Positions 38,545 through 51,857 of a stretch of 64,000 bases of DNA are shown here, piece after piece. Positions within the stretch are counted from its first letter, which is position 1. Each line of letters opens with the position of its first letter. This DNA comes from Malacoraja senta (lineage: Eukaryota): NCBI GenBank assembly GCA_038087875.1, contig CM075990.1, positions 17,858,001 to 17,922,000 on the forward strand, read 5' to 3'. The notes beneath the pieces were generated by a model. It was given only the letters and a program-made list of their open reading frames with translations. It had not been told where the DNA came from and made no database searches. Made by a program: the position numbers and the translations under genes.

Positions 38545-39345
38545 CCTTGGGGCTCATGTCGATGGTTTCTTGAAAGTGGCAACACAGGTGGGTGGGATGG
38601 TGAAGGCAGCAAATGGCATGCTTGCCTTCGCAGCTGAGGGAGGGCATGGAATATAACAGTTGGGATGTTATGCTGTAACGTTACTAAACACTGATAGATT
38701 GCATTTGAAGTACTGTGTGCACGATTTCAGTTATGGGAAAATACTAGATAGGGTGGGCTCTTTTTCACTGGAGTAAAGAAGGCTGAGGAAGAACAGATCA
38801 AATTATAGGAGCAGACAGTTAGAATATTTTTCACATGGACACAAGGTGCTGGAGCAACTCAGCAGATCAGGCAGCATTTCCAGAGAACATGGATAGGTGA
38901 CGTTTTGGGTCAAGACCTTTCTTCAGAAGAAATCTGAAGAAGTCTTCTTCAGTCTGAAGAAGGGTCTCAACCCAAAACATGGTCTATCCGTGTTCTCCGG
39001 AGATGCTGCCTGATCTGCTGAGTTACTCCTTTTGTGTATTAACAAGCATTTACAGTTCCTTGTTTCTACTTATTTTTCCCATGGTATGGATATTAAAAAA
39101 CAAGAAGATATAGGTGAAGAGAAAGTGAGAGAAAAGTGTTTGAAATGTTTTTGGGGGCAAGTTTTTTTGCACAGAGAATGGTTGACATCTGCAACTCACT
39201 GAGGTGGTGAAATCAACTGCTATTGGAGTTTAAATAGGCAAGATATTGAAAGATACGGACCTAACATGGGCATACAAAATTAGGGTAGTTGGGCAAAAAA
39301 GTATCGGGCGGGCCAACAGGTCTGTGATGTACAACTCTATGACTG
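38545..39345 (+). mobile_element. Old CR1 3' fragment interrupted by an inverted Penelope-type pair (~38838-39068) with decayed hammerhead cores
   Basis: ttgaaagtggcaacacaggtg..aatggcatgcttgccttc; insert arms ..gacgttttgggtcaagacctttcttcag / ctgaagaagggtctcaacccaaaac.. Confidence 0.7.
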
Positions 39346-40501
39346 TTTGACAAACAGACGATGTACATGGATTATCTATGTATTAAAATCTTTTCAATTT
39401 AATTTTTCAATATAATAATGCAAAAGACACGTCTTTGAAAACTTGGTTTGCCCAGCAATTTCCTTCAAAATACATATTTACGCTTAAGTATAGAAAGGCA
39501 TTATATATTTTGTACAGAATGGAATGTTAAACTGTGATTCAAATTAACAAACAGTTAATAGGATACATTTAGTGAAGAACTAGGCTGCTGCTGAAATAAA
39601 CAAAATCTACTTCAGCCTTAGGATTTAAAAAAAATTAAAACCATTTGACATTTTTGCTCGATCAATATTTAGCAGGCAATCAATGCACCCTGATGCTGCA
39701 TAAATTAAACCTCTTTATTAGGTTAATCCAAATAATAGATGGTTCAAAACTAGCAGACGTTGTTGTACCTGCAGTAAAGGTGAAAGGATAGGTTAGATAT
39801 ATTCCAGCTTCATTTTCCAAACTGAACAGACATTCATGGTGCATGGGTAAGGGTAAACTACCCACAAAACTACTAGACAACCCTATCTATTCGATCCATA
39901 ACCCCTGCAATACTGCACACAATACCTGTTTTACCTTCAGAAATCTATTTCAAAAGTAGTTCAGACAAATAAACAAGGAAATGAATACAGAGCCTTTCCA
40001 TTCCCCGCTGATGATAAAAGTCAAACAGCATCAAGTAATCTCTAAATGGAATAATCACTCTGTATTAAATTTGGGTAAACTTGCAGTCTGATAAAACATT
40101 GAATGTTGTCATGATATCTGCAACTGCACCAATGCATGGTTTGCTGCGCTGTATACAATATTAGGTCATCCAACAACGAATTCCCCTTTAAAATACACAA
40201 AGTGCTGGAGAACATGGACAGGTGATGTTTCGGATCAGAACTCTTCAATTCCCTTTCTAGCCTTGAAACATTGGAGGAGGTGTGCTGTTCTGAACATCAT
40301 AATCATTATTGGAGGGATGTGGCCATTCTGCCTGCTGGGTTCATGCCAGCTCCCTGCAGAGCAATCCTATCAGTCCATTCTGCTGCTTTTTCCCCAGGAG
40401 CATGCAAACCTTCTCCCCCTCATGCCTATCCATTCCCTATCAGAAACTATGGCAGACAGTCTTATTATTATTATTATGTTTAAAGGAAGTGGGTTGCAGA
40501 T

Positions 40502-41060
40502 CATTCAATTCAATTCAATTCCTTTATTGTCATTTTGCAAGCAACAGTTGTGCAGTGCAAAACGAAAAGACGTTTCCCAGGGAATACCGGAGCATCGCAC
40601 ATGAAGTTTAAAACATTTCACACATGATAACAACACTAAAAACAATTCAGTCCCTGATGGAACAGTATAAAGTTAAAATAGATAAAAAACAACGTTAAAA
40701 TACAGTAAGACCAATCATAAACATGTCCGGGGTGGCTGATTTGAGTGGCCAGTGCTAGTTATTGAAGTGGCCAGTGCCAGTTCTTATAGTGTCCGTGCCA
40801 AGCCGCAGAATCAGGTGACTGTGAGTACAGAGTGGCTGTTTAGCAGCCTCACAGCATATGGCAGGAAGCTGTTTAGCAGTCTTGTAGTCCGGGCTTTGAT
40901 GCTGCGATATCTCTTGCCTGATGGCAGGAGATCCAGGTGTATGTGGAGGGGGTGCAGTTTGTCCTTAGCAATTCGCTGAGCTTTTTTCCGACAGCGGCTC
41001 AGGAACAGTTCTTGTACCGAGGGTAGGGAGACGCCAATGATCTTCTCTGCTCCCCTCACT
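40502..41060 (-). mobile_element. Rex1/Babar 3' fragment, (gaatt)n tail
   Basis: AEKIIG..LPS..HPLH..LLPSGKRYRSIKARTTRLLNSF. Confidence 0.85.
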
Positions 41061-41229
41061 AACCATTCCTTGGTGAGAAAGCAGTTCCTCGGGTACTAGT
41101 TCTACTTTTGCCCTTCACACTGACTGTATGAGCCCATGGTCACTGGACTTCTGCAAACAGGAAATGTTTCCCTCTATATTTCCTCTCGTAACCCATCATC
41201 ATCTACACATTTCTATCAGTCGTCCTCTC

Positions 41230-42000
41230 CACTTTCAATTGAAGTAATCTTGTATACATAGACCAAAGAGGAGCACAACACAAAACAGACCAATGAAGGC
41301 AAGCAAACCATATGGCTTCTTTACCACTCTATCGATTTTGTGTTGCCAATTCCAGGCAGCTACAGATAGGGACCCAAGATCCCTCTGTACATCAATGTCA
41401 TTGAGTGCCTTGGAACAAAGTAACAACATTGGCTCCTCTCCAGTTGCCTGTGACTAGAGAAGATACAAAAATCATCCTCAAGGCTCCTGCATTATCCTCC
41501 CTTAGGCTCTGGGGACTTGGGCACTTTAATGCTCTTCAAGAGCCCCATATACCACCTCCTTCTTGATTTTAAACTGCTTCAGCATATTAGATTCTCCACA
41601 CTCATTGCACTCAAAGTCCTTCTGCTTGGAGGACAGATTTAAAGTACTCATATAGTGCCTTGTCCACATCCTCTGATTCCAAGCATAAATTTCCTCCTTT
41701 ATCCTTGAGAGGTCCTACCTTCTCCCTAGTTATCATCTTGCTTTTAATGTAGGTATAAAGACCTTTTCCATTCAAACTTTGTAGCCAAATTGACACTTCT
41801 CTGGAACCATTCTAACAACTCTTTTCTCCATTCTGTCTACAATCGTCTTATATCTGATGACCAGAATTGGGCATAACACCCCATCTGTGAACTAACTAGT
41901 TTTATACTGGTTTCATGCAACTTCCTTTCTTTTGTACGCAATGCTTCCTGGAGACCCCATATGTTTTTCAGCTGCTCTCTCAACATGGGTCTGTCACTTT
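41230..42000 (-). mobile_element. Degenerate CR1 fragments
   Basis: VQRDLG..VVKKPYGLLAFI; YIKSKMITREKVGPLKD. Confidence 0.65.
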
Positions 42001-42010
42001 CAGATATCTA

Positions 42011-45000
42011 TCTATATATTTAAAAGTCTAATCTTGACCACTTCCTGTCTGCATATTGATTTTAGAAAAAACGCTACCCTGTATTGCTGTGATTTTTGGC
42101 CATCTTACTCACAGTCCTCCTCCGCTGAGCCAACCCCGAAGATTTTTCCCATAGATGAAAAATAAAAAAGTTATGAGTGTTTAAATAAACCTTGAGATCC
42201 GCTGATTGGTCCTCTCGCCTGTCAATCACCGCGATGAAGGTAACGCCCCTTCCGGAGCGGGGGGGGGGTAGGGGGGGGGGGGGGTAGGACTATAAAACCC
42301 CGGATGCCTGGACGCGAGTCAGTCACTCTGCAAGATTGCGAGGGAGAGGCCACGACTGTCATTCTAAGCTGTGGAACAACTGACTGTCATTCTAAGCTGT
42401 GAATCAACAATGTACTTGCAATCAATGATGTTAGCCCTTAATGACGATGCCATGAGTTGTTTGGCCTGCTACCCTGCCTGTGCTTGAAAGTGCAATGCTT
42501 AATTGGAAATGAAATGAAATGAAATGACAATGCCATGAGTTGTTTGGCCTGCTGCCCTGCCTGTGCTTGAAACTGCAATGCTTTATTAGGTCTGACTGTG
42601 TTTGGAAGGAATAAATGCTTTATTAGATCCGACTGTGTTTGGAAGGAATAAATGCTTTATTAGGTCCGACTGTGTTTAGTCCAAAAGTCCTGGTCATTTT
42701 GTGACTTTTGTTTAGTGGACAGGTCGCGATGATTGCATAATTTCCGGTGAGTGCAGAGGTCGCGCTGATTGCGTAATTTCCAGTAAGTGCAGAGATCACG
42801 CTGATTGCGGAAGTGCCGCCGACTGCGGAAGCCCCATAGTGGAGAGGCCGCGCTCAGCCATGTGAGTAGATTCAAGAAAGTTTACTGTCATATATATGGT
42901 GTGTGAGTGTGTGTGTATGTGTGTGTGAGTGTGAGTGTATGTGTGTGTGTGAGTGTATGTGTGAGTGTATGTCTTTTGTGGAAGGTTCGACCTGTACAAA
43001 AAGGATGGGTTGCACTTGAACCTGAGGGGGACCGATATCCTGGCGGGGAGATCTGCAAAGGCTACTGGGGAGACTTTAAACTAGAATGGTTGGGGGGAGG
43101 GACTCAAATAGAGAATGCTATTAGACAGTGTGTGAGGCAGGAGGCAGAGAAGGAAAGCACTCAGACCCAACATGTAGGGGGGAAAGAAGAAAACAATAAT
43201 AAACAGAGAATAAGAGGTGGTGGGGTTCTTAAATGGGTGAGCAGAGAAACAGAGGGGTGTAAAATGCGGGCGGAAGCAATAGGTAGCAAGGTGAAAGGTA
43301 AAAGTGGCAGGCAGACAAATCCAGGGCAAAAATCAAAAAGAGCCACTTTTCAACATAATTGTATAAGGGGTAAGAGCGTTGTAAAAACAAGCCTGAAGGC
43401 TTTGTGTCTCAATGCAAGGAGCATTCGTAATAAGGTGGATGAGTTGAACGTGCAGATAGCAATTAATGATTATGATATAGTTGGGATCACGGAGACATGG
43501 CTCCAAGGTGACCAAGGCTGGGAGCTGAACATCCAGGGATATTCAATATTCAGGAGGGATAGAGAGAAAGGAAAAGGAGGTGGGGTGGCGTTGCTGGTTA
43601 GAGAGGAGATTAACGCAGTGGAAAGGAAGGACATTAGCTTGGAGGATGTGGAATCGGTATGGGTAGAGCTGCGAAACACTAAGGGGCAGAAAACGCTGGT
43701 GGGCGTTGTGTACAGGCCACCTAGCAGTAGTAGTGAAGTTGGGGATGGCATCAAACAGGAAATTAGAAATGCGTGCAACAAAGGCAAAACAGTTATAATG
43801 GGTGACTTCAATCTACATATAGATTGGGTGAATCAAATTGGCAGGGGTGCTGAGGAAGAGGATTTCTTGGAATGTATGAGGGATAGTTATCTAAACCAAC
43901 ATGTAGAGGAACCAACGAGAGAGCAGGCTATTCTAGACTGGGTATTGAGTAATGAGGAAGGGTTAGTTAGCAGACTTGTTGTGCGTGCCCCCTTGGGCAA
44001 GAGTGATCATAATATGGTTGAGTTCTTCATTAGGATGGAGAGTGACATTGTTAATTCAGAAACAACGGTTCTGAACTTAAAGAAAGGTAACTTTGAGGGT
44101 ATGAGACGTGAATTGGCCAAGATTGACTGGCAATTAGTTCTAAAAGGGTTGACGGTGGATATGCAATGGAAGGCATTTAAAGACTGCATGGATGAACTAC
44201 AAAAATTGTTCATCCCAGTTTGGCAAAAGAATAAATCAAGGAAGGTAGTGCATCCGTGGATAACAAGGGAAATCAGGGATAGTATCAAAGCAAAAGATGA
44301 TGCGTACAAATTAGCCAGAAAAAGCAGCATACCAGAGGACTGGGAGAAATTCAGAGACCAGCAGAGGAGGACAAAGGGCTTAATTAGGAAAGGGAAAATA
44401 GATTATGAAAGGAAACTGGCAGGGAACATAAAAACTGACTGCAAAAGTTTTTATAGATATGTGAAGAGAAAGAGATTAGTTAAATCAAATGTAGGTCCCT
44501 TGCAGTCAGAAACAGGTGAATTGATCATGGGGAACAAGGATATGGCAGACCAATTGAATAACTACTTTGGTTCCGTCTTCACTAAGGAAGACATAAATAA
44601 TCTGCCGGAAATAGCAGGGGGCCGCGGGTCAAAGGAGATGGAGGAACTGAGTGAAATCCAGGTTAGTCGGGAAGTGGTGTTGGGTAAATTGAATGGATTA
44701 AAGGCCGATAAATCACCAGGGCCAGATAGGCTGCATCCCAGAGTACTTAAGGAAGTAGCTCCAGAAATAGTGGATGCATTAGTGATAATTTTTCAAAACT
44801 CTTTAGATTCTGGAGTAGTTCCTGAGGATTGGAGGGTAGCAAACGTAACCCCACTTTTTAAGAAGGGAGGGAGAGAGAAAACGGGGAATTACAGACCAGT
44901 TAGTCTAACATCGGTAGTGGGGAAACTGCTAGAGTCAGTTATTAAAGATGGGATAGCAGCACATTTGGAAAGTGGTGAAATCATTGGACAAAGTCAGCAT

Positions 45001-46293
45001 GGATTTACGAAAGGTAAATCGTGTCTGACGAATCTTATAGAATTTTTCGAGGATGTAACTAGTAGAGTGGATAGGGGAGAACCAGTGGATGTGTTGTATC
45101 TGGGCTTTCAGAAGGCTTTCGACAAGGTACCACATAAGAGATTAGGATACAAACTTAAATCACACGGTATTGGGGGTTCAGTATTGATGTGGATAGAGAA
45201 CTGGCTGGCAAACAGGAAGCAAAGAGTAGGAGTAAACGGGTCCTTTTCACAATGGCAGGCAGTGACTAGTGGGGTACCACAAGGCTCAGTGCTGGGACCC
45301 CAGCTATTTACAATTTATATTAATGATCTGGACGAGGGAATTGAAAGCAACATCTCCAAGTTTGCGGATGACACTAAGCTGGGGGGCAGTGTTAGCTGTG
45401 AGGAGGATGCTAGGAGACTGCAAGGTGACTTGGATAGGCTGGGTGAGTGGGCAAATGTTTGGCAGATGCAGTATAATGTGGATAAATGTGAGGTTATCCA
45501 CTTTGGTAGCAAAAACGGGAAGGCAGACTATTATCTAAATGGTGGCCGATTAGGAAATGGGGAGATGCAGCGAGACCTGGGGGTCATGGTACACCAGTCA
45601 TTGAAAGTAGGCATGCAGGTGCAGCAGGCAGTGAAGAAAGCGAATGGTATGTTGGCCTTCATAGCAAGAGGATTTGAGTATAGGAGCAGCGAGGTTCTAC
45701 TGCAGTTGTACAGGGTCTTGGTGAGACCACACCTGGAGTATTGCGTACAGTTTTGGTCTCCAAATCTGAGGAAGGACATTATAGCCATAGAGGGAGTGCA
45801 GAGAAGGTTCACCAGACTGATTCCTGGGATGTCAGGACTTTCATATGAAGAAAGACTGGATAGACTTGGCTTATACTCGCTAGAATTTAGGAGATTGAGA
45901 GGGGATCTTATAGAAACGTACAAGATTCTTATGGGGTTGGACAGGCTAGATGCAGGAAGATTGTTCCCGATGTTGGGGAAGTCCAGGACAAGGGGTCACA
46001 GCTTAAGGATAAGGGGGAAATCCTTTAAGACCGAGATGAGGAAAAACTTTTTCACACAGAGAGTGGTGAATCTCTGGAACGCTCTGCCACAGAGGGTAGT
46101 TGAGGCCAGTTCATTGGCTATATTTAAGAGGGAATTAGATGTGGCCCTTGTGGCTAAAGGGATCAGGGGGTATGGAGAGAAGGCAGGTACGGGATACTGA
46201 GTTGGATGATCAGCCATGATCGTATTGAATGGCGGTGCAGGCTCGAAGGGCCGAATGGCCTACTCCTGCACCTAATTTCTATGTATCTATGTA

Positions 46294-46324
<31 letters not shown>

Positions 46325-46432
46325 ATGAGTGTGTGTGTGTGTGAGTCTATGTCTGTGTGTGTGTGTGTGTGTGTGAGTGTATGTGTGTGTGGGAGTGTGT
46401 GTGTGAGAGTGTATGTGTGAGTGAGTGAGTGA

Positions 46433-46468
<36 letters not shown>

Positions 46469-46554
46469 TGGAATTGGTGGAGAGGTGGAATATTGCATTG
46501 GGGGACCAGCCCTTCCGTGTGAAGCTGAGACCCAATGAGTCCCACTTAGTCTAG
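42011..46554 (+). mobile_element. Non-autonomous Helitron-like element hosting a CR1 in its (TG)n tract
   Basis: A|TCTATATATTTAAAAGTCTAATCTTG 5' end; ...gtcccacttagtCTAG|T 3' end; no TSD; 5' part similar to 51858-52288. Confidence 0.65.
42973..46290 (+). mobile_element. CR1 LINE, truncated in ORF1, ORF2 frame open from 43075 to 46200 (APE-RT)
   Basis: Esterase end DGLHLN..ATGETLN*, then NARS/ETW/GDFN/SDH and RT motifs; RT motif reads LGFQKAF. Confidence 0.95.
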
Positions 46555-46611
46555 TATGTATGTGTGTGTATATATATATACATTATATAGAGAGAAGGTG
46601 GTGTGGCGGGG

Positions 46612-47350
46612 GAAGGTGGTGGTGCCTAACGGCAGCGGCTCGACTACAGTCCGTCTGTCTTTTTTTTAATTTTTGTCTTGTTAAATGTATGTTTTGATTC
46701 TAGTTTTATTATTTTTTTAGCTGTGTATTTTTAGGTGGGGAGGGGGAAACCGTTTAATCTCTTCCTGTTCGGGTCTCCGATGTCGTTGGGCCTAACATCG
46801 TGGAGCTGGCGGTGGCCTCTGGCCAGGACCAACCTGAGGGCTCCAGTCGCGGAGCCTGCGGACCTGCCATCGCGGAGCTGGCCGACTTTGGAGTGGGAGG
46901 AGCTGTGGTGGCGCTCGGCTGCAACCGACTTCGGAGCTCCGGCCGCAGGCCCTGTGGACAGTAACATTGGGAGCTCGCAGGTTCCTGGTGGGAGACCACT
47001 TTTCGGAGCTCCCACAACGGCAACTTCTCCCGCCGGAATCGCGGGGTGAAATGACTTGGGGCCTAACATCGCCCGGCGCAACTGCCGCGTGACTTACCAT
47101 CGCCCGCCGGGGCTTTAACATCGAGAGCCCGTTCGCCTCGACGTTGCAGTTGGACTGGTGGACCGCGGGAAAAGAACAAGGGAGGAGGTAAGACTTTTGC
47201 GGAGGTATTGGAGATTCACTGTGATGGATGTTTGTGTAAAGTGTGTTAAGTGTGCTGGGTCTTGTTTTTTTTTGTAATTGTTAAGACTGTAGAAAATGCA
47301 ATTTTGTTCAAACCAAGCTGTTTGAATGACAATAAAAGGCATTCTATTCA
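46612..47350 (+). mobile_element. Non-autonomous GC-rich retroelement (SINE-like; no tRNA head recognised)
   Basis: GC head, gtccgtctgtc, T-rich tract, ggggaaac, CpG-rich body, gacaataaa tail. Confidence 0.55.
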
Positions 47351-47368
47351 TTATATACACACACACAC

Positions 47369-47401
<33 letters not shown>

Positions 47402-47624
47402 TAATACAGTGGCTTGCAAAAGTATTCATACCCCTTGAACTTTTCCACATTTTGTCACGTTACAACCACAAACATAAATGTATTTTATTGGGATTTTATG
47501 TGACAGACCAACACAAAGTGGTGCATAATTGTGAAGTGGAAGGAAAATTATACATGGTTTTCAAATTTTTTTACAAATAAAAAACTGAAAAGTGTGACGT
47601 GCAAAAGTATTCAGCCCCCCTGAG

Positions 47625-48330
47625 TCAATACTTTGTAGAACCACCTTTCGCTGCAATTACAGCTGCAAGTCTTTTGGGGTATGTCTCTACCAGCTTTGCA
47701 CATCTAGACTGAAATTTTTGCCCATTCTTCTTTGCAAAATAGCTCAAGCTCAGTCAGATTGGATGGAGAGCGTCTGTGAACAGCAATTTTCAAGTCTTGC
47801 CAGAGATTCTCAATTGGATTTAGGTCTGGACTTTGACTGGGCCATTCTAACACATGAATATGCTTTGATCTAAACCATTCCATTGTAGCTCTGGCTGTAT
47901 GTTTAGGGTCGTTGTCCTGCTGGAAGGTGAACCTCCGCCCCAGTCTCAAGTCTTTTGCAGACTCCAACAGGTTTTCTTCCAAGATTGCCCTGTATTTGGC
48001 TCCATCCATCTTCCCATCAACTCTGACCAGCTTCCCTGTCCCTGCTGAAGAAAAGCATCCCCACAGCATGATGCTGCCACCACCATGTTTCACAGTGGGG
48101 ATGGTGTGTTCAGGGTGATGTGCAGTGTTAGTTTTCCGCCACACATAGCGTTTTGCATTTAGGCCAAAAACTTCAATTTTGGTCTCATCTGACCAGAGCA
48201 CCTTCCTCCACATGTTTGCTGTGTCCCCCACATGTTCAAAGCTTGGGATATTTTTAATATAACCTAACCTTGCTTTAAACTTCTCCACAACTTTATCCCT
48301 GACCTGTCTGGTGTGTTCCTTGGGCTTCAT
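47625..48330 (-). pseudogene. Tc1 transposase, DD34E, with DNA-binding region deleted and a C-terminal frameshift
   Basis: WSDETK, QQDNDPKH, 34 residues to SPDLNPIE; tail CAKLVETYPKRLAAVIAAKGGSTKY in another frame. Confidence 0.9.
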
Positions 48331-48377
48331 GATGCTGTTTGTTCACTAATGTTCTCTAACAAACCTCTGAGGCCTTC

Positions 48378-49613
48378 TTCTTCTTCTTCTTCTTCTTTGG
48401 AGTTTTACGGCAGCCGGCATCCGCAATGTTGCATTGCTGCCACCTTCTGACTTCATTCCACCGTACTCATGTCTTTACATTATATCCTTTTTAGAAGCCC
48501 AGAGGCCCTCAAGAAATCAAACAACAACTTTATTCCTTTTCCTTTCCCTCCACTCTAGAATGTTCTTTACTGATACTTCTGTCAATCCAATTTTCCTAAT
48601 TTCAATGATCATAAATCCTCTTTCTGTCTCATATCTCCTACATGCAATTAGGGCATGCTGAACTGTTTCTGGCTGATGGCATTCCTCACACAGCCCAGTA
48701 GGGTGTTTTCCCAATATTTTTAATGTGCTGTTCAGGTGAGTGTGTCCTATCCTCAATCTTGTTAATACTACCTGTTCCCTCCTGTTCCCCCCTCTTCTTG
48801 CTGTAATTCCCACTCTGTTTTGTAGCGTATAGAGGTGTCCTCCCCTTTGTCTCCTGTTCCCAGTATTGTTGCCATTCCTGATTTATTTTCTTCCACACAA
48901 TGTATTTTCCTTCAGATTTGGATAGTTGTAAGTTTACCTCTATGTTTCTTTTTTTACAGCCTCCTTTGCCAATTTATCCACCTTTTCATTCCCTAGAACA
49001 CCAATGTGTGCTGGGACCCACAACAACGTCACGTCACTGCCCCTCCTTGTCACTTGGCTTAATAGTAGCAGGTTTTCATACACTAAGTCAGGCCGCCTAT
49101 GGGATGCACCAGACCAAATACTCTGGATTGCAGATAATGAGTCGCTACATATTAATACTTTACATGGTTGCATCTGTTCCATCCACCGAACTGCCATCAA
49201 AATAGCGTAGTTCCACTGTATATACTGTCAAATAGTTATTTGTTCTTTTGTAAAGCTCAACATTCATCCCCTGGACTACCACAGCCGCCCCTGTTGTTTC
49301 AGCTACTGGGTCCTTTGATCCATCTGTGAAAATTAAGAGGTGTTCCCTGTATCTATTATCTATATGGTTATGATATTCTGTCTTTAGGTCTGAATTTTTG
49401 TTCCTCCTTTTTGCCTCCCATATCTCCAGATCAACTTTTGGGATGTTCAGTAACCATATTGGCACAGATGGCCACAATACTGCAGGGCAGAACTCTTTGT
49501 CCTCTACTTCCATGTCCCTTGCCACAACTCCTCCAACCCAGCCAAAGCTTCCACACTGAGCCACCCCTCTCTCCCAGCACTCCTTTACTACCTGTTTTGT
49601 TGGGTGGTTCCCC
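48378..49613 (-). mobile_element. 5'-truncated I-group (Nimb-like) LINE with RNase H and CCHC, (AAG)n tail, inserted in the Tc1
   Basis: IFTDGSK, CSDSLSA, WVPAHIGVLGNEKVDKLAK, RLRIGH..CEEC..HALIAC; TSD ctgaggccttc (48367-48377, 49614-49624). Confidence 0.85.
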
Positions 49614-49979
49614 CTGAGGCCTTCACAGAACAGCTGTATTTATACTGAGATTAGATTACACACAAGTGGACTCTATTTACTAATTAGGTGACTTCTGAAG
49701 GCAATTGGTTGCACTGGATTTTATTTAGGGGTATCAGAGTAAAGGGGGCTGAATACTTTTGCACGCCACACTTTTCAGTTTTTTATTTGTAAAAAAATTT
49801 GAAACCCATGTATCATTTTCCTTCCACTTCACAATTATGCGCCACTTTGTGTTGGTCTATCACATAAAATCCCAATAAAATACATTCACGTTTGTGGTTG
49901 TAACGTGACAAAATGTGGAAAAGTTCAAGGGGTATGAATACTTTTGCAAGCCACTGTATATACACACACACACACATAC

Positions 49980-50016
<37 letters not shown>

Positions 50017-50144
50017 CATCTCTCTGGTCACCCTCCTGAATTGTGTCATTTGGTCTCAATTCCAATCCAAATGCATCACTTTGTACTCTTCTGTATTAAA
50101 TATCACCTGCCAATTGTATGGCTATTCAGCAGGTACATTCTCAT

Positions 50145-51027
<883 letters not shown>

Positions 51028-51334
51028 TTATCTTCTTCCTCCAAAAATAATTACTGGTATTTTCTCTCAAATATATTGCTTTCTAATTCCGCAGATTAAA
51101 ACTGTTTGGGGTATTTATTAACATAGCTTTCTTTGAAAGGACAGTTGTGCACAAACTTTATCATTAAACTACAATCATTTGAAATGTCAAGGTATCTAAA
51201 CATCTTAGGCACAAAGCCTAGAAACAAGGAATTGCAGATGCTGGATTTCCAAGGAAATGCTGAAGTAACTCAATAGGAGACGGAAACAAATTAAATATAT
51301 CCCAAATTTCATTTTTTAATTATGGTTTAATAAT

Positions 51335-51835
51335 AGCAAAAAAACTCATACCTAAATTTTGGAAAAATGCCACTATACCAACACTCAAAATGTGGATTGG
51401 TAATATGTTGGAAACTGCCCACTTGGAAGAAATGAGACTCCTCCTAATAGATAAACAAGACCAATTCTTAACGAGTTGGTCTCCATTTATTGACCTTGTG
51501 GATTCATGTGGTGCAATAGTATTGTAAAATTAAAAAATTCTGGGTTTGGGCGAAAAATGATTAAGAATATAAAACAGCATCGACTTGTGGCGAGGAAGAA
51601 TCTCCTTTCTGCTTCACTTTCTTACTTATTTCTTTTCTTTATCTCACACTCACTAGACTTTTCTATACTCTTCACTACTTCTTTCTTTCTCATTTCTTTC
51701 TAAAAAAAAAAAAAAAAGGAAGTTGTACATAGAATGTTTTAATAATCCGGGGAACCTGTAAAAAGGTACCATCAAAATGTAATGTACTTACTTCTAATAA
51801 ATAAAAAAATAAATTAAAAAATTAAAAAATTGAAA
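51335..51835 (+). mobile_element. L1 3' fragment
   Basis: LILKFWKN..HLEEMRL..WSPFID like the 25466 ORF; cttctaataaa plus A-rich tail. Confidence 0.8.
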
Positions 51836-51857
51836 AATGACCTCATGAACCATCATA

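Larger units (their letters stand above)
47407..49956 (-). mobile_element. Tc1 DNA transposon (IR-DR type, ~210-bp TIRs, TA TSD)
   Basis: TA|CAGTGGCTTGCAAAAGTATTCATACCCCTTGAAC...inverse|TA; inner DR tgcaaaagtattca near 47600. Confidence 0.95.

Noticed and set aside
42907..43074. N-terminus of the 1097-aa ORF (MCVYVCVSV...)
   Set aside because: Read-through of a TG microsatellite and the off-frame ORF1 end; the real ORF2 frame matters only from ~43075.
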